Source: Actinomycetes bacterium
GTDB lineage: Bacteria > Actinomycetota > Actinomycetes > S36-B12
Assembly (NCBI GenBank): GCA_037137855.1
Contig: JBAXJN010000002.1
Span: 1 to 55,478 of the forward strand
Reading direction: 5' to 3'
Length of the DNA: 55,478 nt
Shown: positions 20,261 through 27,866 of the stretch, piece by piece
How positions within the stretch are numbered: the first letter of the stretch is position 1
Layout: each line of letters opens with the position of its first letter
Translations under genes and position numbers: made by a program
Notes under the pieces: model-generated
Told to the model about the DNA's origin: nothing
Database searches by the model: none
Seen by the model: only the letters and a program-made list of their open reading frames with translations

Positions 20261-20350
20261 CGAGAGCCAAGAACCCCATGGCTTTGTGTGTTTTCCTCGG
20301 GAGACACACCTGATTGGCAGAAGTTTTGCCACCGAAGGAGGGTCGACCAC

Positions 20351-22855
20351 ATGGTCGACAACGAAAACCCAAGCTCAACCACATCCAATCCAGAAACTCC
20401 TGCTCCTCGCACCCGTCGCCGGGCTGCGAGCCGACCCGCTGGTCCACCAGTTGAGGTTGACGAGATCAAGGGCGCCCCTGCGAAAGCGGCCGAAAAGTCA
20501 TCAGTCAAGACTCAGGACCCTGCTGACAAGGCACCTGCTAAGCCAAAGACTGCGCGTCCACCGCGCAAGACCAAGGTTTCTGCTGATCACGCTCACGTCG
20601 AGCAAGAGGTAGTTGCCAAGGATTCTGCACCCAAGGATGCTGCGCCCAAGGAGACAACTGCGAAGCAAGGCGCTCCTAAGAACTCACGCGCACCAATTGC
20701 TGCAGCTTTTGTGGCGCCAGTCTTCATGGCTCCGACCCCGGCTGCAGAACAGATGTCCGAATCAGCTGACGGCAAAGAGACACAAAAGGCCAAACGGCCC
20801 ACGACTCAGCGTCGAGGCAAGGCTGCAGCTGACCAAGAAGTTGGACTTGAAACAGAAACCACCGATACAGATGCGCCGCAAGCCGACGCAGAGGGTGCGG
20901 GCGAGGTTGACGATGACAGCGAAGAAGGCCAGCGCCGTCGGCGTCGTCGTCGCGGTGGCCGCGGACGCCGCAAGCGCACCGGTGAAGGCGAAGACCTGAC
21001 AGAAGATTCTGAGAACGACAATGGTGAAGAAGATTCGTCAGATGTTTCTGAAGACGCTGATGCTGATGTCGATGCCGTTGAGGGCGAAACTGAAGAGCAG
21101 GCTGCATCACGTCGTCGCCGTCGTCGCCGCCGCCGTGGCAATGACGACCTCGAACCATCGGCTGATGATCCACCAAACACTGTGGTCAAAGTTCGCGAGC
21201 CGCGTGCCAAGGGTGAAGACGTTACAACCATGCGTGGCTCGACTCGTTTGGAAGCCAAAAAGCAGCGTCGCCGCGAAGGCCGCGAAGCCGGCCGTCGCCG
21301 TCCACCAATCTTGACTGAATCGGAATTCCTCGCTCGTCGTGAAGCCGTAAATCGAGTGATGGTGGTTCGTCAAAACGGTGATCGCACTCAGATCGCCGTG
21401 TTGGAAGACGGAGTGCTTGTAGAGCATTACGTGACACTTGGATCTTCAGGTTCGCTTGTCGGCAACGTCTATTTGGGCCGTGTGCAAAACGTGCTGCCGA
21501 GCATGGAAGCAGCCTTCGTTGACATTGGTCGCGGCCGCAATGCAGTGCTGTACGCCGGTGAAGTGAACTGGGACGCGGCTGGCTTAGAAGGACAGCCAAA
21601 GCGCATCGAACTTGCCATGAAGTCAGGCGATCCAGTGTTGGTGCAAATCACCAAGGATCCAGTTGGCCAAAAGGGTGCACGGTTGACGAGCCAGATTTCT
21701 TTGCCTGGACGTTTCTTGGTGTACGTGCCAGATGGTTCCATGACAGGTATCAGTCGCAAGCTGCCAGACACTGAGCGATCGCGGCTTAAGTCCATCTTGA
21801 AGCGGGTAATGCCAGAGGAGGCAGGCGTCATTGTTCGTACTGCCGCTGAAGGCGCTCCTGAAGCTGCACTTGAGCAGGATGTAGAGCGACTCAAGGCGCA
21901 ATGGGAAGGCATCAGCACTCGCGCGGTAAATGCAACACCACCAACGTTGTTGTATGGCGAACCTGATCTTGCGATCAAGGTCGTTCGCGACATCTTCAAT
22001 GAAGATGTAAACAAAATGGTTGTCTCTGGCAGTGAGGCCTGGCAGACGGTTCAGGAGTACGTCACTTCTGTTGCGCCTGATCTAGCCGTTCGCCTTGAGC
22101 ATCACGTGGGGAACAGCGATGTTTTTGCGGAATACCGCATCGATGAACAACTCGCTAAAGCTTTGGATCGCAAGGTCTGGTTGCCTTCAGGCGGCTCGCT
22201 TGTGATCGATCGAACTGAAGCGATGACCGTTGTTGACGTCAACACGGGCAAGTTCACTGGTCAAGGTGGAAACCTTGAGCAGACCGTCACAAGCAACAAC
22301 CTTGAAGCTGCTGAAGAGATTGTTCGCCAGCTTCGGTTGCGCGATATCGGTGGAATCATCGTCGTCGACTTCATTGATATGGTTCTTGAAAGCAACCGAG
22401 ATCTTGTGTTGCGTCGCTTGGTTGAATGTCTTGGTCGCGATCGCACGAAGCATCAGGTTGCCGAAGTCACCAGTCTTGGTTTAGTGCAGATGACACGAAA
22501 GCGTATTGGCTCAGGATTGATCGAATCATTTTCAACGAACTGTGAAGCTTGCAATGGTCGCGGCGTCAAGGTGAACATGCATGAGCACGATCATGTGGAA
22601 TCACCGAAGAGTCGTCGGCCAGCAAATGCGGTTGATCCCGCAGATGTTGCTGCTCGTGTATCAGCGTCAATCGGTGATCTTGACACAGTAGATATTGAAG
22701 CCATCGATGCGATTGAAACCTTTGAAGGCATCGAAGACATGGATGCAATCGAAGCCATCCGACTTGAAGCACATCTTGAAGCAGCGCAAGACCGAGCTGA
22801 GTATGAAGTAGTTGCTCATGCGGTTGCTGTTGATAGCGACTCCGCGGACGCTTAA
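20351..22855 (+). CDS. rne: Ribonuclease E (Rne/Rng family) with long disordered N- and C-terminal extensions
   Basis: The S1 and catalytic core carry VGNVYLGRVQNVLPSMEAAFVDIGRGRNAVLY, GGSLVIDRTEAMTVVDVNTG and GGIIVVDFIDM, plus a Zn-link CEACNGRG. The start is re-called to ATG 20351 (GAAGGAGG lies 6 nt upstream) instead of track position 20288. Confidence 0.9.
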   Translation: MVDNENPSSTTSNPETPAPRTRRRAASRPAGPPVEVDEIKGAPAKAAEKSSVKTQDPADKAPAKPKTARPPRKTKVSADHAHVEQEVVAKDSAPKDAAPKETTAKQGAPKNSRAPIAAAFVAPVFMAPTPAAEQMSESADGKETQKAKRPTTQRRGKAAADQEVGLETETTDTDAPQADAEGAGEVDDDSEEGQRRRRRRRGGRGRRKRTGEGEDLTEDSENDNGEEDSSDVSEDADADVDAVEGETEEQAASRRRRRRRRRGNDDLEPSADDPPNTVVKVREPRAKGEDVTTMRGSTRLEAKKQRRREGREAGRRRPPILTESEFLARREAVNRVMVVRQNGDRTQIAVLEDGVLVEHYVTLGSSGSLVGNVYLGRVQNVLPSMEAAFVDIGRGRNAVLYAGEVNWDAAGLEGQPKRIELAMKSGDPVLVQITKDPVGQKGARLTSQISLPGRFLVYVPDGSMTGISRKLPDTERSRLKSILKRVMPEEAGVIVRTAAEGAPEAALEQDVERLKAQWEGISTRAVNATPPTLLYGEPDLAIKVVRDIFNEDVNKMVVSGSEAWQTVQEYVTSVAPDLAVRLEHHVGNSDVFAEYRIDEQLAKALDRKVWLPSGGSLVIDRTEAMTVVDVNTGKFTGQGGNLEQTVTSNNLEAAEEIVRQLRLRDIGGIIVVDFIDMVLESNRDLVLRRLVECLGRDRTKHQVAEVTSLGLVQMTRKRIGSGLIESFSTNCEACNGRGVKVNMHEHDHVESPKSRRPANAVDPADVAARVSASIGDLDTVDIEAIDAIETFEGIEDMDAIEAIRLEAHLEAAQDRAEYEVVAHAVAVDSDSADA

Positions 22856-22863
22856 CGAATTTG

Positions 22864-22918
22864 AAAGAGCGCGAACTGCCTATTGACGGTGTCAATGGTG
22901 TTCGCGCTCTTTTGCTTT
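22864..22918 (+). terminator. Rho-independent terminator after rne
   Basis: A 13-bp perfect stem pairs aaagagcgcgaac (22864-22876) with gttcgcgctcttt (22900-22912). An inner ttgac/gtcaa sub-stem is present, and ttgcttt follows. Confidence 0.7.
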
Positions 22919-23233
22919 ATCGATGGCATTAAATGTGGCGCTGCTACTCAAGGCTTGTAGGCAGGGCTTGTTTGTGTAGCTTGATTCACAAAGATAATTG
23001 AGTGATGGGTTCTGTTCTCTTTGTAGACAGAACATCAAAATATGTTCGCACGAAGTACCACTTGGGTGTTATGACTCCTGAATTTATAACGATTTGATAA
23101 CGAAGAACTTACTTACCTCCCTGGCTGTTGGATCGGGTGAAGTGTCAATCTCTAAATGTGACGGCAGTCACTTAATTTTTCTGACAATGGTGCGCATGAC
23201 GCGCATCGATGAATCTGAAACGGGGAGTAATTC

Positions 23234-24505
23234 ATGGCAGCTCAAAATAAGGGGCGACGCTCGGTACTTGTCAGCACCCTCAGCATAGGAATCGTGGTGG
23301 GTGCTTCGGCGAGCCTTTCATGGGGAGCACCCACGCCGGCAGTCTCTGCTAAGCCGGTTGTCTGTCCGGCATCGCCTGGAGTCGATAACACGTCGATAAA
23401 TGTCGGTGTCATCACTGCTACCTCGGGGCCATCCTCGTCAAGCTTTACCGGGTTCGTAGAAGGCGCACGGCTACGTTTTGCTCAAGAAAATGCAAAGGGT
23501 GGCGTTTACGGACGAAAGCTCAATGTCACGGTGTACGACGATCAGGGAAGCGGCGCTCAACAATCATCGGTTGCCACCAAAGCCATTCAGCAGGACAACC
23601 AATTCGGAGTCGTCGAAGCGAGCACTATTGACACCATGATGCCTGTCTTCAAGGCTTCCAATGTTCCGGTGGTTGGGTTGACTAACCTGCCCGCACATGG
23701 CACCGACCGAAATGTATTCGGTGCAACTGGTGCCTTTGCACCTCTCTACACAACAACGACTACGGCTCACAAACTTGCGACATCAGGGTCAGTTGCTGTC
23801 GCTGTGGTGAATCACAACTCTCCAGGTGCTCAGGCAGCAGGAGCAGGAATTGTTGCGGCGCTACCTCTTGAGAATCTTCCGTTGGCTCTGAGAATCTCGG
23901 ATGCACCGATCGGTGCCTATGACGCAACTTCGACCGCGCTTCGTATCAAGCAATCTGGTGCAGATTCAGTCGATGCAATTTTGACTTTGGATGGCTCAGT
24001 GTCGCTCATCACCGCATTGGCTCAGCAGGGTGTGAAGTTGAAGGCATTCATGCCAGCAGGACTATCCGATCCGCTCGTTGTCGCTAAGGCTCCGGCTGCT
24101 CTTGAAGGCGCCATTGGGGCAACCTTTGGAACTGTTCCCGCTGGTGTTGCCGGCAGGCCTGGGCTGCGTACCTTTGTGAACGGTATGAAGGTCGCAGGGG
24201 CGAACCCTTATGCAGTTGGTTCACCGATCGGCTTCGTATCGGCAGATACCTTCATTAAGGGTCTGCAACTTGCTGGTAAGTGCCCAACCCGTGAAGGCTT
24301 TGTCAGTAACTTGCGCAAGCAGACGAAAATTACTGGAGCTGGAATGCTCCCTGAACCAATCAGTTATGCACCAGGACTGACACCGAACGGCAATCCTGCT
24401 CGTTGCGGCTGGTATATGACGGTCAAGAATGGCGTTTTCGTTCCGGATGCACAGGCTACTTGCGGCAAATTGGTGGAAGTCGCCACGGGCAAAATTGTTG
24501 GCTAA
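23234..24505 (+). CDS. ABC transporter substrate-binding protein, branched-chain amino acid (LivK/Peripla_BP_6-like) family
   Basis: 423 aa with GGGGAG upstream of the ATG. The signal peptide contains RRS (GRRSVLVSTLSIGIVVGASASLSWG). The body has INVGVITATSGP.. and GGVYGRKLNVTVYDDQG, typical of type I LIV-binding proteins. No permease or ATPase gene is adjacent. Confidence 0.78.
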   Translation: MAAQNKGRRSVLVSTLSIGIVVGASASLSWGAPTPAVSAKPVVCPASPGVDNTSINVGVITATSGPSSSSFTGFVEGARLRFAQENAKGGVYGRKLNVTVYDDQGSGAQQSSVATKAIQQDNQFGVVEASTIDTMMPVFKASNVPVVGLTNLPAHGTDRNVFGATGAFAPLYTTTTTAHKLATSGSVAVAVVNHNSPGAQAAGAGIVAALPLENLPLALRISDAPIGAYDATSTALRIKQSGADSVDAILTLDGSVSLITALAQQGVKLKAFMPAGLSDPLVVAKAPAALEGAIGATFGTVPAGVAGRPGLRTFVNGMKVAGANPYAVGSPIGFVSADTFIKGLQLAGKCPTREGFVSNLRKQTKITGAGMLPEPISYAPGLTPNGNPARCGWYMTVKNGVFVPDAQATCGKLVEVATGKIVG

Positions 24506-24518
24506 CACTTCAATAACT

Positions 24519-24556
24519 AGTGGGGTGGTCAGTGCTTTTGCATTGACCACCCCACT
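24519..24556. terminator. Bidirectional hairpin terminator between convergent genes
   Basis: A 13-bp perfect stem, agtggggtggtca / tgaccaccccact, encloses a 12-nt loop. tgtttg follows on the plus strand. Confidence 0.6.
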
Positions 24557-24581
24557 TGTTTGAGGCTGAAAACATTGCTGG

Positions 24582-25055
24582 TTATTCAGCGACGACGCCC
24601 ATCGCCAGGAGGTAGCGACCGGCCATGGCATAAAAGCCAACAAGTAGAGCCATATCTGAGATTTCCTGCGGTGACCAATGCTTAGTCGTCGCAAGCCAGA
24701 GTTCATCTGTGGTCGTCACGCTGTCGGCAGCCTCGCAAAAGTTGAGCGCGGCTGTTTCAGACGCGCTGAAAGCCTTGAAGTCTGTAGATTTAAGCGCCTG
24801 TAGTTCCTGGGCAGTTACTCCGGCCTTAAGGGCCACTGGCTCATGTAATTGGGATTGATAAGTAGAACCGACTCGGTACAAGGTACGCAAGACAAGAATC
24901 TCTCGTGTGCGATCTGAAAGGCGCGAAGTGGAATGCACTCGTCCGGAAAGACTCGCAAACCCTTTAAACATCTCCGGATTGTTGTACACAGCACGCACAA
25001 TTCGGTTGTCAGTCATCATTTCGGCAGGGAGTTCAGCTTCAGGCAGTCGCTGCAT
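24582..25055 (-). CDS. Carboxymuconolactone decarboxylase (AhpD-like) family protein
   Basis: 157 aa. The helical core RTREILVLRTLYRVGSTYQSQLHEPVALKAGVTAQELQAL is typical of the CMD family. There is no CxxC motif, so it is not an AhpD-type peroxidase component. Confidence 0.7.
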   Translation of the reverse strand: MQRLPEAELPAEMMTDNRIVRAVYNNPEMFKGFASLSGRVHSTSRLSDRTREILVLRTLYRVGSTYQSQLHEPVALKAGVTAQELQALKSTDFKAFSASETAALNFCEAADSVTTTDELWLATTKHWSPQEISDMALLVGFYAMAGRYLLAMGVVAE

Positions 25056-25082
25056 GAGAGTCCTTAGTGTTGTGAAGTGATG

Positions 25083-26024
25083 TTAAGCGAGTGCTGCGAT
25101 GAGTGGACCTAGTTCCCAAGCAAGTGGCTCACTCACAGTGAAATAGGTGATTCCATTTTGATTGTTGATAGCTTGAACATGCTCGACAAGTTCGGCGGTA
25201 TTACCAATCAGCCCAAAGGGCGACTCGAGTAACTCATCAGTAGTGAGCCCACCCGCTACAGGCATTCCGGTGGGCCCAAGCGCACGTGCAGCAGTTTCGG
25301 CGCGACTCTCACCTTCTGTGCCTACGGCTCCGAACAGCACCCGAACACCAATAGTGAGATCATCGCGCTCGTAGCCACCGGCATCGCGAATCCAAGATAG
25401 TTGGTCATTGAAAGCCGACTTTCGAGTATCAGCAGTGCCAGACATCTGCGTCAAAATACTGATGATTTGCGCATTCTTCGCGGCGTAGCTCAACATTCGT
25501 TTGCCACCGCCACCAAGCATGATTGGAAATGGATTCTGAACTGGTTTTGGAACTGAGGTGAAGTCGTGGATGGAGTAGTACTCACCGTCAAAATTCACAG
25601 GTTCACCAGTAAAGAGTTGACGAAGGACTGTGATGCTTTCAAACAATCTGCTGACACGCGTTCCAGGTGGATCCCAAGTGGCTATGCCGGTTTTGGTGAG
25701 ATCTTCTTCAAGCCAACCTGCGCCTATCCCCATATCAACTCGACCTTTCGACATGATGTCAAGGGTTGCTATCTCTTTTGCCAAGATAGTTGGATTGCGA
25801 AAGTCGTTATTCAACACAGTTATTGCTAGGCGAATGCGCTCCGTAACCATCGCGGCTGACGCCAGTGCGACGATGGGTGCCAGTTGCGGCAGGCTCGGCC
25901 CCAGGTGGTCAGGAACAGAAATCGAATAGAAGCCCAGGGCTTCAGCGCGTTGTGCTTTTGCAACCCAACTATCCACATCAGGGGTGAATGGCATTTGAAT
26001 TGAAAATTTGAATTGTGGGCTCAA
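25083..26024 (-). CDS. Luciferase-like monooxygenase (LLM) family oxidoreductase, possibly F420-dependent
   Basis: 313 aa. It has a TIM-barrel LLM pattern (AEALGFYSISVPDHL, GRVDMGIGAGW, IMLGGGGKRML). The TTG start at 26024 is preceded by GGAGGGG and overlaps the upstream SDR stop (TTGA). Confidence 0.75.
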   Translation of the reverse strand: MSPQFKFSIQMPFTPDVDSWVAKAQRAEALGFYSISVPDHLGPSLPQLAPIVALASAAMVTERIRLAITVLNNDFRNPTILAKEIATLDIMSKGRVDMGIGAGWLEEDLTKTGIATWDPPGTRVSRLFESITVLRQLFTGEPVNFDGEYYSIHDFTSVPKPVQNPFPIMLGGGGKRMLSYAAKNAQIISILTQMSGTADTRKSAFNDQLSWIRDAGGYERDDLTIGVRVLFGAVGTEGESRAETAARALGPTGMPVAGGLTTDELLESPFGLIGNTAELVEHVQAINNQNGITYFTVSEPLAWELGPLIAALA

Positions 26025-26764
26025 CTTGTTGCCCCTCCATCCACATAGAGCGTTTGGCCAGTGGTGTAACTCGCTCCATCGGAGCAGAAATAGGCCATCG
26101 CTTCGTACTGTTCTCGGCTTGTGCCGAAGCGCTTAATTGGATTGCTTCCAGTGATTTGGTCAGCGTTCGCGAGTTGACTGCCGGCCGCTTCAAAGGCGCT
26201 AATACCTGGTGCGATGCAATTGACGGTGATACCAAAATCACCGACTTCACGAGCCATGCCACGGGTCATATCTTCAACGGTTGACTTGGTCAAACCGTAT
26301 GAATTGCCTCCGCTCTTTGCGGCCATTGAAGACACGTTCACAACTCTGCCCCAAGAGTTAGCCTTCATGGCAGGAATCGCGGCTCTCGTTGCGCGCAAGG
26401 TTCCGGTGACGTTGACAGCCCAAGCTATGTCCCAAATGTCGTCGGGACAATCGAGGAGCCCGGCCTCGGCTAGTCCGCGCCAAAGCCCAGCATTGTTGAT
26501 GAGAATGTCCAAACGGCCAAACTCTTGCACTGTGGCTTTGACAAGTGCCTCAACAGAGGCTGCTGAAGTCACATCACACTCCACACCTATGCACTTGGGT
26601 CCCAGCGCACTGGCTTCTTGAGCGGCGCTGGAGGTGTCTTTCACGTCTGCAACCACGACATGGCAGCCGTCCATTGCAAAGTATCGGGAATAGTCACGCC
26701 CCAACCCACGTGCTGCACCCGTAACAATAACGACCTTGCCAGACAGGCGGTTCGTATTTTCCAT
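26021..26764 (-). CDS. SDR family oxidoreductase
   Basis: 247 aa. It carries the SDR motifs TGAARGLG (TGxxxGxG), NNAG and the catalytic S..YGLTK (YxxxK). Confidence 0.9.
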   Translation of the reverse strand: MENTNRLSGKVVIVTGAARGLGRDYSRYFAMDGCHVVVADVKDTSSAAQEASALGPKCIGVECDVTSAASVEALVKATVQEFGRLDILINNAGLWRGLAEAGLLDCPDDIWDIAWAVNVTGTLRATRAAIPAMKANSWGRVVNVSSMAAKSGGNSYGLTKSTVEDMTRGMAREVGDFGITVNCIAPGISAFEAAGSQLANADQITGSNPIKRFGTSREQYEAMAYFCSDGASYTTGQTLYVDGGATS

Positions 26765-26920
26765 AGGTGAAGTATTCGAGATACCGCTCGGGTGAGAAGC
26801 GAAATTGGAGAAAATTTAGAATAACTTGAAGAAGTTCTGTCGATAGAGATGACACACAGAGGGATTTTGTTCACCGAACCAACAAAAGTCTCCGCGGCGC
26901 ACTGTTTATCCGAGATGAAT

Positions 26921-27556
26921 TTAGTCTGTTCTGCGCACGATTCTGATGATCTCGTAATTGACGAGCTCAATGAGGGCTTCACGGCTGTTTTCAGGCTCAG
27001 GGACTCCATAGATGAAGTGATAACTCACCCAACGTCCGACGAGATTAAATAGCAATCTGAGTGACTGTATTGGGGTTGCTACTGAAGTCACCCAACCGCG
27101 TGCTGCCCATTCTTTCAATACCTGATCAGCAACCTTGTCTAGCTTCTCTAGGGACGCTCCAATGGAATCAGAAACGATTGGCCCTGAGTGAATCCATGCT
27201 GATTGTCGACTCAATGCGTTCTCAAATTGCGTGAGCCACTCAGCAATATCATTTTTGCATCCCGGTTGGGCGTGCTGGATTGCCGCTGAAGCCCTAAGGA
27301 GTTCCAAGGCGTAGCGCTCTCCAATGGCATGAGCGATATCTGCTTTACCGTGAAAATGCTTGTACACCGTGGTGCGTCCCACGTTTGCGCACTTAGCAAT
27401 TTCATCAATGGTGGCGGCTGCGAAGCCGCGGTTGGAGAAGACAGCGATAGAGGTTTCGATCAGCCTGTCGCGCGTGAGTTCTTTCTGAGCTTCGCGAATA
27501 GAAATTGGCCGATCTTCTGAGTAAGCGTGATGTTGTTCCTGAACTGCGGTACTCAT
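26921..27556 (-). CDS. TetR/AcrR family transcriptional regulator
   Basis: The HTH reads FSNRGFAAATIDEIAKCANVGRTTVYKHFHGK. The start is re-called to ATG 27556 (GGAGGGAG upstream) rather than 27574. It is divergent from the CoA-transferase operon. Confidence 0.85.
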   Translation of the reverse strand: MSTAVQEQHHAYSEDRPISIREAQKELTRDRLIETSIAVFSNRGFAAATIDEIAKCANVGRTTVYKHFHGKADIAHAIGERYALELLRASAAIQHAQPGCKNDIAEWLTQFENALSRQSAWIHSGPIVSDSIGASLEKLDKVADQVLKEWAARGWVTSVATPIQSLRLLFNLVGRWVSYHFIYGVPEPENSREALIELVNYEIIRIVRRTD

Positions 27557-27866
27557 CTGCGCTACTCCCTCCAAGATGCAATCTCAGTATTTGTCCGCCT
27601 GACGCATCAAAGCACAGAAATCCCAGTGATGTGTTGGCTTTCATGACTCCACCGTGACTGCTGATGCAGTGATTGCACTTCGGGGCGATTTCCTATTTTC
27701 TCAGCGACTTTTGTTCTAAATGTGAGCATTTGACGCAGCCTTCTGTGGCCAGCGTCGCGCTGTCGTGTCCAAAATCTTTATTTATTACGACAAACCTCGC
27801 AGAACCCATCACATTACGAGCCTGCTTGTGAGAGATTCACGAGAAATCAATTCCAGGGAGTGTGTG

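Noticed and set aside
20593-22014. Cluster of long antisense and off-frame ORFs inside rne (for example 20806..21258 -, 20724..21176 -, 21469..22014 -)
   Set aside because: They are artefacts of the repetitive GC-rich codons (CGT/CGC/GAA/GAC runs) that encode the Arg/acidic low-complexity arm of RNase E. Their products are poly-Ser/Arg/Pro strings.
22877-22889. Exact 13-nt repeat tgcctattgacgg at 22877-22889 and 50767-50779, both just downstream of genes
   Set aside because: A rough estimate says tens of 13-mer coincidences are expected in a 55-kb window when both strands are counted. The flanks do not extend the match, so I do not treat it as a repeat element.
23094-23288. TTG-initiated 64-aa ORF in the AT-rich leader upstream of the SBP gene
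   Set aside because: It has no Shine-Dalgarno sequence and it overlaps the well-supported SBP start. Its composition is consistent with a chance ORF in AT-rich DNA.
27557-27866. Search for a TetR operator palindrome in the 310-nt divergent region (and in 26765-26920)
   Set aside because: I found only short 5-N4-5 inverted repeats with unrelated sequences: actgc-tgat-gcagt near 27656, aaatg-tgag-cattt near 27718 and aactt-gaag-aagtt in the other spacer. None is long enough or recurs, so I cannot call an operator from sequence alone.
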